Shown here piece by piece: positions 7,986 through 17,362 of a stretch of DNA of 20,000 bases. The position numbers and the translations under genes are program-made. Numbering within the stretch: position 1 is the first letter of the stretch; every line of letters starts with the position of its first letter. Below the pieces are notes generated by a model. The model was given only the letters and a program-made list of their open reading frames with translations. It was not told the origin of the DNA and ran no database searches. The stretch lies in IMG/VR virus record IMGVR_UViG_3300035698_030063; one strand, written 5' to 3'. Source of the stretch: an uncultured virus (IMG/VR IMGVR_UViG_3300035698_030063). Lineage: Duplodnaviria > Heunggongvirae > Uroviricota > Caudoviricetes.

Positions 7986-10900
7986 ATGTCATTTAATTTA
8001 TTAGATTATTACAAGGCTCTTAACGGAGAATCCGCAGAGACTAGTGATGTATGGCATATCAATCATGATAAAAGACATGCCTATAAAATTTCTAGTGATT
8101 TTGATGCTATAGATGAGCATAATATGAAAATCAATCTTCCTCCTTCAGAGGCAGAAACAGATTTGATAAATATCTTTTCTGATAAATTGGGCCAAAAATT
8201 AAAAAATACTAAAATCACCGACAACGGAGATGGTACAGAAAGTATAGATTTAGAATTAGATGATAGAGTAGTAACTATCATAATAGACCAAAGTGGCAGC
8301 ATGACATGGAATGATAATAATAATTTTCGTCATGATATAGTTACTGATTTAGTTAATAAAATAGAAATAAATTATCCAGGAGATATAACATATAACCTTA
8401 TAGAATATGGTGCAGATATTATTAATGTTCTATTTTTTGGTATAACAGAAAATGATGCATTTGATCCTAACAGTGTTGATAGTCTTAGTACTATGATTAA
8501 ATCTGATGATAAAGCAAATTATGATGGAATGAGAGTTATTAGGAATGACGATCATTATCCTAATTCTCTTCTTGATGGAGAAATTATAGATGAAGGGTTT
8601 ATTAGTAGAATTAAAGATGAAGGACTTGTAGAAGGTCAGACATATTATTATACTGTTTACACATTTGATAAAAATTTCAAATTTAGTGAAGGTATACAAT
8701 TAAAAGTCACTCCTCAAGAAAGAATAGTTCCACGATCTCATTCTAACTTTAGAACGGTTGTAGATTCAGAAGATTTGACTAAAGGTATTCCTTTTGTAGG
8801 CACTGGTGTAAATAGAGATGATAATACAATTGGTATATGGCACATGGATGAAGGAGATGGCAAATTTTTATATGACTTTAGTGATACAAGTGTCATATTA
8901 GAATATAATAAAGAGAATCCTACATGGTATGAAGATAGATTTGTTCCTGCTGGAACTTCAGGACTATTTTTTGATGGAGAAAACGATTGTGCTTCTATTG
9001 ATGGGGAGCTAAATTTATGGTTAGATATTGCAGGTTCTCAACCAGAAGTAACTGTTATGGCATGGGTATTTCTATATAGAGATTCTGGGAATCAAGCAAT
9101 AATTTACTCTTCTAAAAATGGACAGCCAAGTTATTATTTTCGTTTTGAAGAAAAAAAACTTCATTTGTCTGGAACGAGTTTTTCTGGAGCAACAAGTGAT
9201 GATGTATTAGAAATAAATAAATGGCAGCACATTGCTGCGGTCCATGACAATGGAACGACTCGCTTTTATGTGAATGGAGAGTTGAAGAGCAGCGGGGCGG
9301 GCAACATCCCAACAGTTGTAATTTCTGGTTATTTTTTTTCTATAGGGGCTCATCAAGAGGTTTTAGATTCTAGAAATTATTTTCTTTATGGTAAAATAAC
9401 AGAAGTTAGTGTTCATGATACTGCTAGAGATTCAATTTATATTAATTCTCAAATAATATCAAGTTCTATTTTTGATGCAGATAATAATCAAGTAGATACA
9501 GAGTTTATAGGTATTAAGGACGATAATGGTGATAGATTAAATGTATTCAAATATGATGTTCCTAGAGATTATAATTATGTAGGAGGAGAAGTTCTTGTTG
9601 TAAGAAATGAAAAACATATTCCTTCTTGGGAAGAAGATGGAACTATTATCTATCAACAATCAGATCCAGGAGTGGGTCAATTTTTTATATCAAATCCAGA
9701 TGATTATGTTTTAAAAGAAAAATATTATTATAGATTATTTACTAAAAATTCTTTAGGTAATGTTAGTTTTCTAACAGACTCTCCATCATTAATTGTAGAG
9801 ATACCAGAAATTACGCCTTCAGAAGTTGTTGACGCTGATTATCGATTGGCTTTAGGTTCTCCTATAGAGCCTCCAGAAGCACCTACAGTTGGACAGCTTA
9901 TTACTGATGGTAATCAAAAAACATATTTAAGATGGAAACAAAATGATATTCTTGATAGCAGAGTAGCAAGAGTAAAAATATTTTATTCTTCGATAAATTT
10001 TCCTGTTGTTGATAAGAGTGGAAAGTCTAGTGGTCAGTTAGTATTTATAGGATTGCCAACAGATGAAAAATTTATTCACAGAGGCGCTCCTAATGATAGA
10101 AATGCTTATTATACTATAGTTAATATTGACAAGTATGGAAGATTTTCTAATTATGATCCTAATGGAGTTCAGGTAGAAGATTTTTTAAATGCTTCTGTAG
10201 TTCCTAATTTTGATGCTAATGAAAATACCTTTCCATTGGTTGAAATTGAAAATATTAATTATGAATTGATTAATGAGAATACTATTACTATTGGTTGGGA
10301 TCAACCACAAAAAAGCATAGAAGATATAGATGCGTTTTTTGATCAGACAGTTTATATATATAGTGCTATTACAGATGAATTTGGAGATCCTGTTTCGGAA
10401 GACACTCCTATAAAAATGAGTATTACTTCAGATATTACAAGGGAGACTCAAGCTAACGATGTGTTTGGAGTTATTGGCACTACAGAATTTGAAGATATAA
10501 ATACTTATGATTTCTTTATAACAAGAACTAATGATGGATTCTTTAAGGGTATATTAAGGATGACATCTAATACTAATATAATATCTCAAATTAGTGCTGC
10601 TAATTTCAAGATACAGTTAAAAGCATTGCTTCCTAAAGATGGCGGTTATAAACTTCCTAATGATACTACGTCTAATGGGGATGCTATAGCTGAGTATGCT
10701 AGCTTACTAGATCAGCTAATAGAAGAGGCAGATGGAGGGGAGACCGAAACAGCTACTAGCGATAATTTCTATGAATATCTTTCTGAAACAATAAGTGTTT
10801 CTTTTACAAATCCTTGGGAGATTGAATTAGTAAGTAGAGATAATCAGATAGTTCCTGAGAGATGTTATTGTGAAAAGGAGGACAAGTTAACAGGTAGAAA

Positions 10901-13900
10901 ATATCTCCGTCTGGTAAAAGAATTTTTTAATGGTATTTATATGAAAGCGACAAATCCTTTTGTTGCTAGGGCAAAAATAAAATATAAGGGGTTGCCAGTA
11001 GAATCTGGTAATATCCAAATTGCTGTATGGGATGCTGATTCTTCTAATCTTTGTAAAAATGCTTGTTCCGAAGGAAGCCCTGCTCCACCTTCATTTGAAG
11101 GTCCAGAAATAGAGCCAAGTGATACTGTCTTACCTCCAGATTCTATTTTATCTGTTATTCAAGGGCAAGAAGAGACATATTCTGGTAGTGGAGTATTTGC
11201 GGATATATCATTTGTTGATATCCCACTATATGCTCCAGATCTTCCTCAAGCTGTTAGATTATTTGTAAGGGGTGAAAGATATGGTTATTCATCTGTTAAA
11301 GATATATATGTTTTATTTCAAAGTATATTGCAAATTGATTTGGATACTAGCAATGAAAGATTAAATATTGATGGAAAAGATATTGCTGAGTTTAGAGCAA
11401 ATGCTTTTATTATAAATCCTGACTATCCTAATTATGAGATACCAGGATCGATTGATGAATCTTTAGTTACATATCCTGAAGATTTAACAGTTGTTAAATG
11501 GAGTAGCCAATTTGTACAAACTCTTCTTTTAGCAGGAGATTTTCCAGAGCCAAGTGGCATAGGTCCAATTTATTCAATAGATAGTGTTCCAATAACAAAT
11601 GGAGTTTATTCTTATACTCGCAAGGGCACAGCTAGGGATGTATTTATGGGACCATTATCTAAAGGAGGAAAAGTAATAAATGAAGATCATGAAATAAGGT
11701 CATCAATAGTTTATCAGGGATTGTCTGCTTCTGCTAGAATATTTTTTACTATTGGGCCTTATAATCCTGCTAAATTTGATAGAACATCAGCAAGATTTTT
11801 AATGGAAGTAGATGGGGGATGGAGAGGGAATCTTCCTAATCAAGAATATGGTGGTGGTGGATGGAAGACAGCGGAAAATTGGCCTTTATGGGCAGATGGG
11901 ATTCATTATAAGAAAATAAAGATTAGTAGGAATCCTAGAACTGCTGTTCAGGGAGCAGCTACAGGAGAAGGTGCAGAAGAATTTGCCTATGCTGAATGTT
12001 TTAGAACATGTGCTTCAAATGATGATAATGAGTTATTAGAACTAGGTTCTGGACAAATCGTAGAGGTAAGTTTTAATTTAGATACGTTTGACGAAGAACT
12101 AGATTCTTTTATCCCTAAAGATACAGAAATAGAAATTCTTCATGGAGATATAACTGAAATAGAAGATCCTTATACTGGTCTGCATTATCTAGAAGTCGGA
12201 AAAGAAGGTTTTATAGATAATGGTTCTGCTTTTATAGAGCTTAACAATGAGGATGTTTCTGATGTTACTTATTTTTATGTCAGAATGAATAAGTTTGTTC
12301 TTGGTGCAGGGCGTGTAGATAATGAAGAATGTGATACTCCAGATGTTATTACTATTAATGATTGCACTTGTCTGGATACAGATAATGATGGAATAACAGA
12401 GTGTGATATTCCAGAGTGGTCTCCTACAATGTATGTTAGTGGGAATACTACAGTATTTTTAAATAATAATCCGTTAGTTCTAAATGGTGGTGGATCTATA
12501 TTTACAGGTATACCTCCTTGTCCTATAGGTTTAAATGAACCTTTACGTTTGTTTACTAGAGAAAGAAAAGTTACAGATTATTTCATCAGTGAGGAGTTCG
12601 GAAATCCATCTAACGATTTTCTTTTTCCAATTGAGACATTTATAGATAGTAATAGTTTTAAAGATGATCAGGGGGATACTCTTGTTAAACATAATTCTGA
12701 TATCAATATAAGAATGCAAGTTCTTTGGAGAGGGCAGAATGTTCCTGATGGCACTCCTGTATTTGTAAGGACTGGGGATAATACTTTTAATTCTTTATTT
12801 ATAGCTAGTCAAAATGTTTATTATACAATCACAACAGGTGAAGATTATAGTTATGTAGATATTCTTATCCAAGCTCGTAAATATATTGATGATACTAGAA
12901 CAGAACAAATTGAAATATTTTCTACTTATGATGAAAATGGAAAAACAGAACGACATGCTGGTAGGGATTTCTTTCTTACTTTAGATAAAAAAAATAAAGA
13001 GATTGACGATCCTCCTACTCTTGAGACAGATCCAAGTCTAGGCGTAATAACAGAATCTCCAATTATTACTCCGTATTCTAACACGTTAGATAGATATAAT
13101 ATTTTAACTGATACATGGGATCAGGTTCTTAATATGGCAGAGGCTAGGGGTAACGGTTTTTCAGGAACTGTTGGTGATAATATTTATTATATCGGTGGAT
13201 TATTAGGGAATAGTCTTAATGTTTCTACTAGGAATGAAAAATATGATATTATAAATAATACATGGAGTGATGTTACCGCTATGTCTGTTGGACGTTTTGG
13301 AGGAATGTCAGTAACTATTGGTGATGATATTTATTTAATAGGTGGTATTTTTCCAGACAATCAAGCAAGTGGAAATCTTGCTGTTAGTAATCTTGTGGAA
13401 GTTTATCGTGCTGATGTTGATATGTGGGAGGAATTAGAGGAAATGCCAGTTATTAATAAGGGTTCTGCTTTCGCGAATACGTTAGGAGTTGCTTTTGGAA
13501 CAGCCACTCATGTTTATATAAATAGTAAAAATTATATTTATATCATGAGTGGAATTAAAAAAGTAACAGCGACTGAAACTCAATTTTCTATAGGGGAATA
13601 TAATAAAAATATTTTAAGGTATTGCGTAGAGGATGATGAGTGGCAAGTTTCAGGTATTTTGAGAACTAATGAGTTAAATACTTATGAAAGAATTTCTCCT
13701 CAGTCTATAGTATTCGATAATAAAATAATAGTATTTGAAGGTGCTATTTTTAATGATAATGATTTTATTTATCCGTCAGAAGATTTTTATATAGATATAG
13801 AAGTTCCATTTATTACTCCATCATCAGGAGAATGGCTTAATTTTGGTAGTGGTCTTATGGGAGATTTTCCAGAACCTAAATTTCAATCCGCTATGGCAGA

Positions 13901-14195
13901 ATATAATTTAAATCCTTCTGCTGATCATGCTAATTATTATATATTTGGAGGGTTTAATGACAATTCTCCGAGTTTAGATATTTTGGAAAATATAAATGTG
14001 AAAGATGGAGGATTTATTTATAAATCAAGCTATACTATAACAGATCCGTCAATTGATTTGACAGCAATGCCAACAGGCAAACATGGTGCAAGTGTTGAAT
14101 TCTCAGATGCTTCTGGAGCACCATATATTTATTTAATGGGAGGTTATACTATTAATAGAGATGACGACTATGTTGATATTTCTTTTAATATTTAG
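7986..14195 (+). CDS. 2069-aa multidomain protein: N-terminal VWA fragment (MIDAS DxSxS), FN3-like repeats, LamG/concanavalin-A-like domain, Cys-containing central region, C-terminal Kelch propeller
   Basis: VVTIIIDQSGSM (DQSGS at 8286-8300). FN3-like DEGLVEGQTYYYTVYTFD and EKYYYRLFTKN. LamG at about 8826-9450 (IGIWHMDEG...LFFDGEND...VTVMAWV...NKWQHIAAVHD...FYVNG...FSIGA...GKITEVSVHDTA). Kelch repeats at about 13083-14150 (YNILTDTW...M...R...IYYIGG; YDIINNTW...GRFGG...IYLIGG; YYIFGG; IYLMGG). Confidence 0.88.
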   Translation: MSFNLLDYYKALNGESAETSDVWHINHDKRHAYKISSDFDAIDEHNMKINLPPSEAETDLINIFSDKLGQKLKNTKITDNGDGTESIDLELDDRVVTIIIDQSGSMTWNDNNNFRHDIVTDLVNKIEINYPGDITYNLIEYGADIINVLFFGITENDAFDPNSVDSLSTMIKSDDKANYDGMRVIRNDDHYPNSLLDGEIIDEGFISRIKDEGLVEGQTYYYTVYTFDKNFKFSEGIQLKVTPQERIVPRSHSNFRTVVDSEDLTKGIPFVGTGVNRDDNTIGIWHMDEGDGKFLYDFSDTSVILEYNKENPTWYEDRFVPAGTSGLFFDGENDCASIDGELNLWLDIAGSQPEVTVMAWVFLYRDSGNQAIIYSSKNGQPSYYFRFEEKKLHLSGTSFSGATSDDVLEINKWQHIAAVHDNGTTRFYVNGELKSSGAGNIPTVVISGYFFSIGAHQEVLDSRNYFLYGKITEVSVHDTARDSIYINSQIISSSIFDADNNQVDTEFIGIKDDNGDRLNVFKYDVPRDYNYVGGEVLVVRNEKHIPSWEEDGTIIYQQSDPGVGQFFISNPDDYVLKEKYYYRLFTKNSLGNVSFLTDSPSLIVEIPEITPSEVVDADYRLALGSPIEPPEAPTVGQLITDGNQKTYLRWKQNDILDSRVARVKIFYSSINFPVVDKSGKSSGQLVFIGLPTDEKFIHRGAPNDRNAYYTIVNIDKYGRFSNYDPNGVQVEDFLNASVVPNFDANENTFPLVEIENINYELINENTITIGWDQPQKSIEDIDAFFDQTVYIYSAITDEFGDPVSEDTPIKMSITSDITRETQANDVFGVIGTTEFEDINTYDFFITRTNDGFFKGILRMTSNTNIISQISAANFKIQLKALLPKDGGYKLPNDTTSNGDAIAEYASLLDQLIEEADGGETETATSDNFYEYLSETISVSFTNPWEIELVSRDNQIVPERCYCEKEDKLTGRKYLRLVKEFFNGIYMKATNPFVARAKIKYKGLPVESGNIQIAVWDADSSNLCKNACSEGSPAPPSFEGPEIEPSDTVLPPDSILSVIQGQEETYSGSGVFADISFVDIPLYAPDLPQAVRLFVRGERYGYSSVKDIYVLFQSILQIDLDTSNERLNIDGKDIAEFRANAFIINPDYPNYEIPGSIDESLVTYPEDLTVVKWSSQFVQTLLLAGDFPEPSGIGPIYSIDSVPITNGVYSYTRKGTARDVFMGPLSKGGKVINEDHEIRSSIVYQGLSASARIFFTIGPYNPAKFDRTSARFLMEVDGGWRGNLPNQEYGGGGWKTAENWPLWADGIHYKKIKISRNPRTAVQGAATGEGAEEFAYAECFRTCASNDDNELLELGSGQIVEVSFNLDTFDEELDSFIPKDTEIEILHGDITEIEDPYTGLHYLEVGKEGFIDNGSAFIELNNEDVSDVTYFYVRMNKFVLGAGRVDNEECDTPDVITINDCTCLDTDNDGITECDIPEWSPTMYVSGNTTVFLNNNPLVLNGGGSIFTGIPPCPIGLNEPLRLFTRERKVTDYFISEEFGNPSNDFLFPIETFIDSNSFKDDQGDTLVKHNSDINIRMQVLWRGQNVPDGTPVFVRTGDNTFNSLFIASQNVYYTITTGEDYSYVDILIQARKYIDDTRTEQIEIFSTYDENGKTERHAGRDFFLTLDKKNKEIDDPPTLETDPSLGVITESPIITPYSNTLDRYNILTDTWDQVLNMAEARGNGFSGTVGDNIYYIGGLLGNSLNVSTRNEKYDIINNTWSDVTAMSVGRFGGMSVTIGDDIYLIGGIFPDNQASGNLAVSNLVEVYRADVDMWEELEEMPVINKGSAFANTLGVAFGTATHVYINSKNYIYIMSGIKKVTATETQFSIGEYNKNILRYCVEDDEWQVSGILRTNELNTYERISPQSIVFDNKIIVFEGAIFNDNDFIYPSEDFYIDIEVPFITPSSGEWLNFGSGLMGDFPEPKFQSAMAEYNLNPSADHANYYIFGGFNDNSPSLDILENINVKDGGFIYKSSYTITDPSIDLTAMPTGKHGASVEFSDASGAPYIYLMGGYTINRDDDYVDISFNI

Positions 14196-14203
14196 AAAAT
14201 AAA

Positions 14204-17200
14204 ATGGCAACAGTTAATGAATATAAAACTATTATAGAGAACTTGGATGGCAAGCAGTCAATTTCTATTCCTATGAATTTTAAAAAGAATGGAAGAATAA
14301 TAACGGATCCATTAGATATAATAGTGAGGGGCTTTTTAAAGTTTGAAAATATTATACAAAATCAAACAACGGAAGCAAATATTCTAGAAGATAAAACTGT
14401 TATTTATCCTGTTATTTTTTCAAGTGGCACTATTCGTGTTTTAAATGGCAAATGTGTAATTGTTCTTTTGCCAAGATCTGAAGATTTATTTGAAGTAACT
14501 GAAACTATTCAAGAAAGAGTAGAAGAAAATGTTACTGATGACGATATTTTACAAAATCAAGAAGTTAATCAAGATGAGATTTTGGAAGGTGACAAAGTTC
14601 CAGTAACAATTATAATAGAAAAAGATGTACTAAGAAAACCTTATAAAATATCTTTACAAGTGACAGTAACATCTGTTGATGATAATAGTTTATATGTTCA
14701 AACAGTTGATAGAGGTACTAGTCCTAAGATAGAAACTTTTTCAGGAGCTAAATCTTTATTCCAAAAAGAAACTGCTAGAACTCCAAGTAATTTAGTTATT
14801 AATAGTGAGACAGATTTAGAATGGATACCTTCGGTTAAAACTATTATAGGAGAGAATAGTGGGACTCAAGAGCAAATTTTAAATGAGATTAATAATTTAA
14901 AAAATTCTACTCCTCTTGGAACTTCTACTATGTATGATGCAATAGTGGCTGGAGCTAGAATATTATCAGATGATGCTGTTGATAATAGTCAAAAAACTAT
15001 TTATGTATTTACGGATAATGAAGCAAATACATCACTTGCCTCTATACAAAATGTTGTCGATGAGGTTAATGATATAGACGGAGATAAAGAAGTTCCATTG
15101 CTTGTAGGGAATATGTCCATTTCTGATCTTCCTACTTTGTCGATAAAGGCGAATAGGTCAGATACTAAAAATATAAATCAATTATCTTTTACTACTGGTG
15201 GACAAAGTGTAACTGTAATAGATGAAGATTTTATAGATGAAATTGTTGGAATATTCTATAGAAGTTCAGTAGGTTCTATGGGATATGGAACTTATGAATT
15301 TATTAATGATTTTGGAGAAGAAGTTTTAATTAATAGGATTTCAGCTTCATTCGTTATTCCTTCTTCTGATGCTAATGCCACTTGGTCTATAGAGACTAGT
15401 CTTGATGGCTATAATTATACTGCTATAGATGTTATTTATAATTCTACTGATAGTATTACTTTTGAAAATCTTTTGGTAAGATATATAAAGTTTAAAATTA
15501 TTATGGTGACAGGTATTAGTTCTGCTTTTATCGATGAATATGGAACAACCCCAGATACACCTTCATTAGATTCAATAGAAATCGTATTTAATGCTAATAA
15601 GGTTGCTTATCTGTATCTAAATAAAGAAGATGTTGATGTTCCTCCTTATCAGATAACATTAGGTGTAGATGCTAATGAAATTAATAATGATCAAATCAAA
15701 GTAGGAGTGGCTAAATCTAATGCTATTAACTGGACAGATTTTTCCACCGAATCTCAACCCACCGTAGATCAAAATGGTAAGGTTGTTATTCCTATAAGAT
15801 TTTCTCAAGATGTTACAGATTTTCCTCATGAACCTTTAAAGAAAATAGATAATTTTGCGACAAAAACAAAATATGGGAGATGGGATCAGAACGCTAGAGT
15901 TATTATATATGATAAAAATAATTCTCCAATGTTAACTGATTATTATAAGGTTCATCCAAGAGAAGGAAGGGTGGTATTTAATACGGCACTACCTTCTGAT
16001 TATCAGGATGGAGATTTTAAAATAGGCATACTTAATATTGGCCAGTATAAAGTAGGGTTACAACTAACTAATAAAACAGAAACAAATACTTTGGATATTT
16101 ATGGTATAGGTTATGAATATACTACAGGTAAGAATCTATTACCTCCTACTTCTAAAGCATCTCCAGAAGTTCAACAAGTTACTATTACTAACGAAGCACC
16201 AAATAGATTTGATATTATTGAACTTTCTTATATCTATTTTGATTCTAATTTTGATCAGGAAGATGAAACTAAAAGAGAAATAACATGGTTTGTAAATGGA
16301 AATCCAATTACTGCTTTAAATAATTTAATAAGATGGAATGATATTAATGATTCAAAGGATCCTTTATACTTTGAAACATCATTAAGTTTTCCTACTGCTG
16401 ATGATTTACAGGGTTTATCAATAGAAGATTGGTCCAAACAACAAACTATATCATTCATAAAGGCTGGAGATTCTATCTATGCAGAGATAAAAGTGAGTGA
16501 TGGAGAGTTGTTAAGTGACAAGGGAACATCTTCTCCTGCTAATGTAGTCGAATCTTCTCCTCTAATAACTAGTATATCTGTTAGAGCTAGAGATGGTGAG
16601 GGGAATATAATCGACAGGTTATCGACAGAGTATGATGCTGTTATAGATCCTCTTCTTGAAGATAGTTTCTTTAGCGATGGTAATGCTCCAAATAATTCTG
16701 AAATAATTTGGCATTTCAACGATGAAGTGTTTAAAAGGGGTAGTTTTGGATTTGTTTCTCCTAGCGGCATACCTATAACAGAGATACGTGTTAATGAAAT
16801 AGCTTCTGGGTCATTAATTGATTATGGCTTGAGAATAGGTAATAAAATTGCTGTTGAGGTTATTCCTAAAACTCCCTCTGCTACTGGAGAACTTGTTCGC
16901 AGTTTAGATAAAATAGTGAATAACTCAATACCAAAAATAGCAGGACTTGCATTTGAGGAAAATGTGTTTACGACAATAAATGATATTACTTTGTCATGGA
17001 CGTTTTTTGACTTTGAAGTTAATTTGCTTTCAGATGTCGATGAAACATTTCAGAGCGATAAATCTCAAATCGAGGTATTTAGAAAACAGCCAGGAGCTGG
17101 AGAGCAATTTGTTAAAGTTTATGTCTTCAATGATTTTGAAAACGGCTTTCTGGAAACCTTCCATGAAACAGCATATACAGGTAAAATTACTACTAGCATA

Positions 17201-17362
17201 CCTAATGTGAATGCTAGTGGACTACAACCTACCTGTATAATTGATAAGAGCATCTTAGTTGTTGATCAGCAATACTATTTTATTGTGACTCCTTTTGACA
17301 CGATCGACCAAGGGATCCCCGTTTCGAGTTTAATTGCGACTATCACTTCTGCTACAAATTAA
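14204..17362 (+). CDS. 1052-aa protein: C-terminal part of a VWA domain, discoidin-like beta-sandwich, and Ig-like repeats; probable virion structural protein
   Basis: VWA C-half at about 14861-15260 (EQILNEINNL...LGTSTMYDAIVAGARIL...KTIYVFTDNEAN...INQLSFTTGGQSVTV). Discoidin-like WSIETSLDGYNY...VRYIKFKIIM...TPSLDSIEIVF. Ig-like units start PEVQQVTIT...LSYIYFDSNFDQE...ITWFVNG, PLITSISV and PKIAGLAF. No signal peptide; 8-nt gap from the previous gene. Confidence 0.82.
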   Translation: MATVNEYKTIIENLDGKQSISIPMNFKKNGRIITDPLDIIVRGFLKFENIIQNQTTEANILEDKTVIYPVIFSSGTIRVLNGKCVIVLLPRSEDLFEVTETIQERVEENVTDDDILQNQEVNQDEILEGDKVPVTIIIEKDVLRKPYKISLQVTVTSVDDNSLYVQTVDRGTSPKIETFSGAKSLFQKETARTPSNLVINSETDLEWIPSVKTIIGENSGTQEQILNEINNLKNSTPLGTSTMYDAIVAGARILSDDAVDNSQKTIYVFTDNEANTSLASIQNVVDEVNDIDGDKEVPLLVGNMSISDLPTLSIKANRSDTKNINQLSFTTGGQSVTVIDEDFIDEIVGIFYRSSVGSMGYGTYEFINDFGEEVLINRISASFVIPSSDANATWSIETSLDGYNYTAIDVIYNSTDSITFENLLVRYIKFKIIMVTGISSAFIDEYGTTPDTPSLDSIEIVFNANKVAYLYLNKEDVDVPPYQITLGVDANEINNDQIKVGVAKSNAINWTDFSTESQPTVDQNGKVVIPIRFSQDVTDFPHEPLKKIDNFATKTKYGRWDQNARVIIYDKNNSPMLTDYYKVHPREGRVVFNTALPSDYQDGDFKIGILNIGQYKVGLQLTNKTETNTLDIYGIGYEYTTGKNLLPPTSKASPEVQQVTITNEAPNRFDIIELSYIYFDSNFDQEDETKREITWFVNGNPITALNNLIRWNDINDSKDPLYFETSLSFPTADDLQGLSIEDWSKQQTISFIKAGDSIYAEIKVSDGELLSDKGTSSPANVVESSPLITSISVRARDGEGNIIDRLSTEYDAVIDPLLEDSFFSDGNAPNNSEIIWHFNDEVFKRGSFGFVSPSGIPITEIRVNEIASGSLIDYGLRIGNKIAVEVIPKTPSATGELVRSLDKIVNNSIPKIAGLAFEENVFTTINDITLSWTFFDFEVNLLSDVDETFQSDKSQIEVFRKQPGAGEQFVKVYVFNDFENGFLETFHETAYTGKITTSIPNVNASGLQPTCIIDKSILVVDQQYYFIVTPFDTIDQGIPVSSLIATITSATN

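Noticed and set aside
7581..9312. Minus-strand ORFs 7581-7859, 8081-8302, 8430-8699 and 9112-9312
   Set aside because: Short antisense shadows of long, well-supported genes with no recognisable motifs.
4738..14203. Stop-codon reassignment or readthrough (TAG) fusing the giant ORFs
   Set aside because: Long ORFs are intact under the standard code. The TAG stops at 4740 and 14195 are each followed by an 8-nt gap and an ATG in a different frame, so simple readthrough would not fuse them.
16255..17210. ORFs 16255-16458 (-), 16477-16770 (-) and 16980-17210 (+)
   Set aside because: Fully nested within the 14204-17362 gene, with no motif or RBS support.
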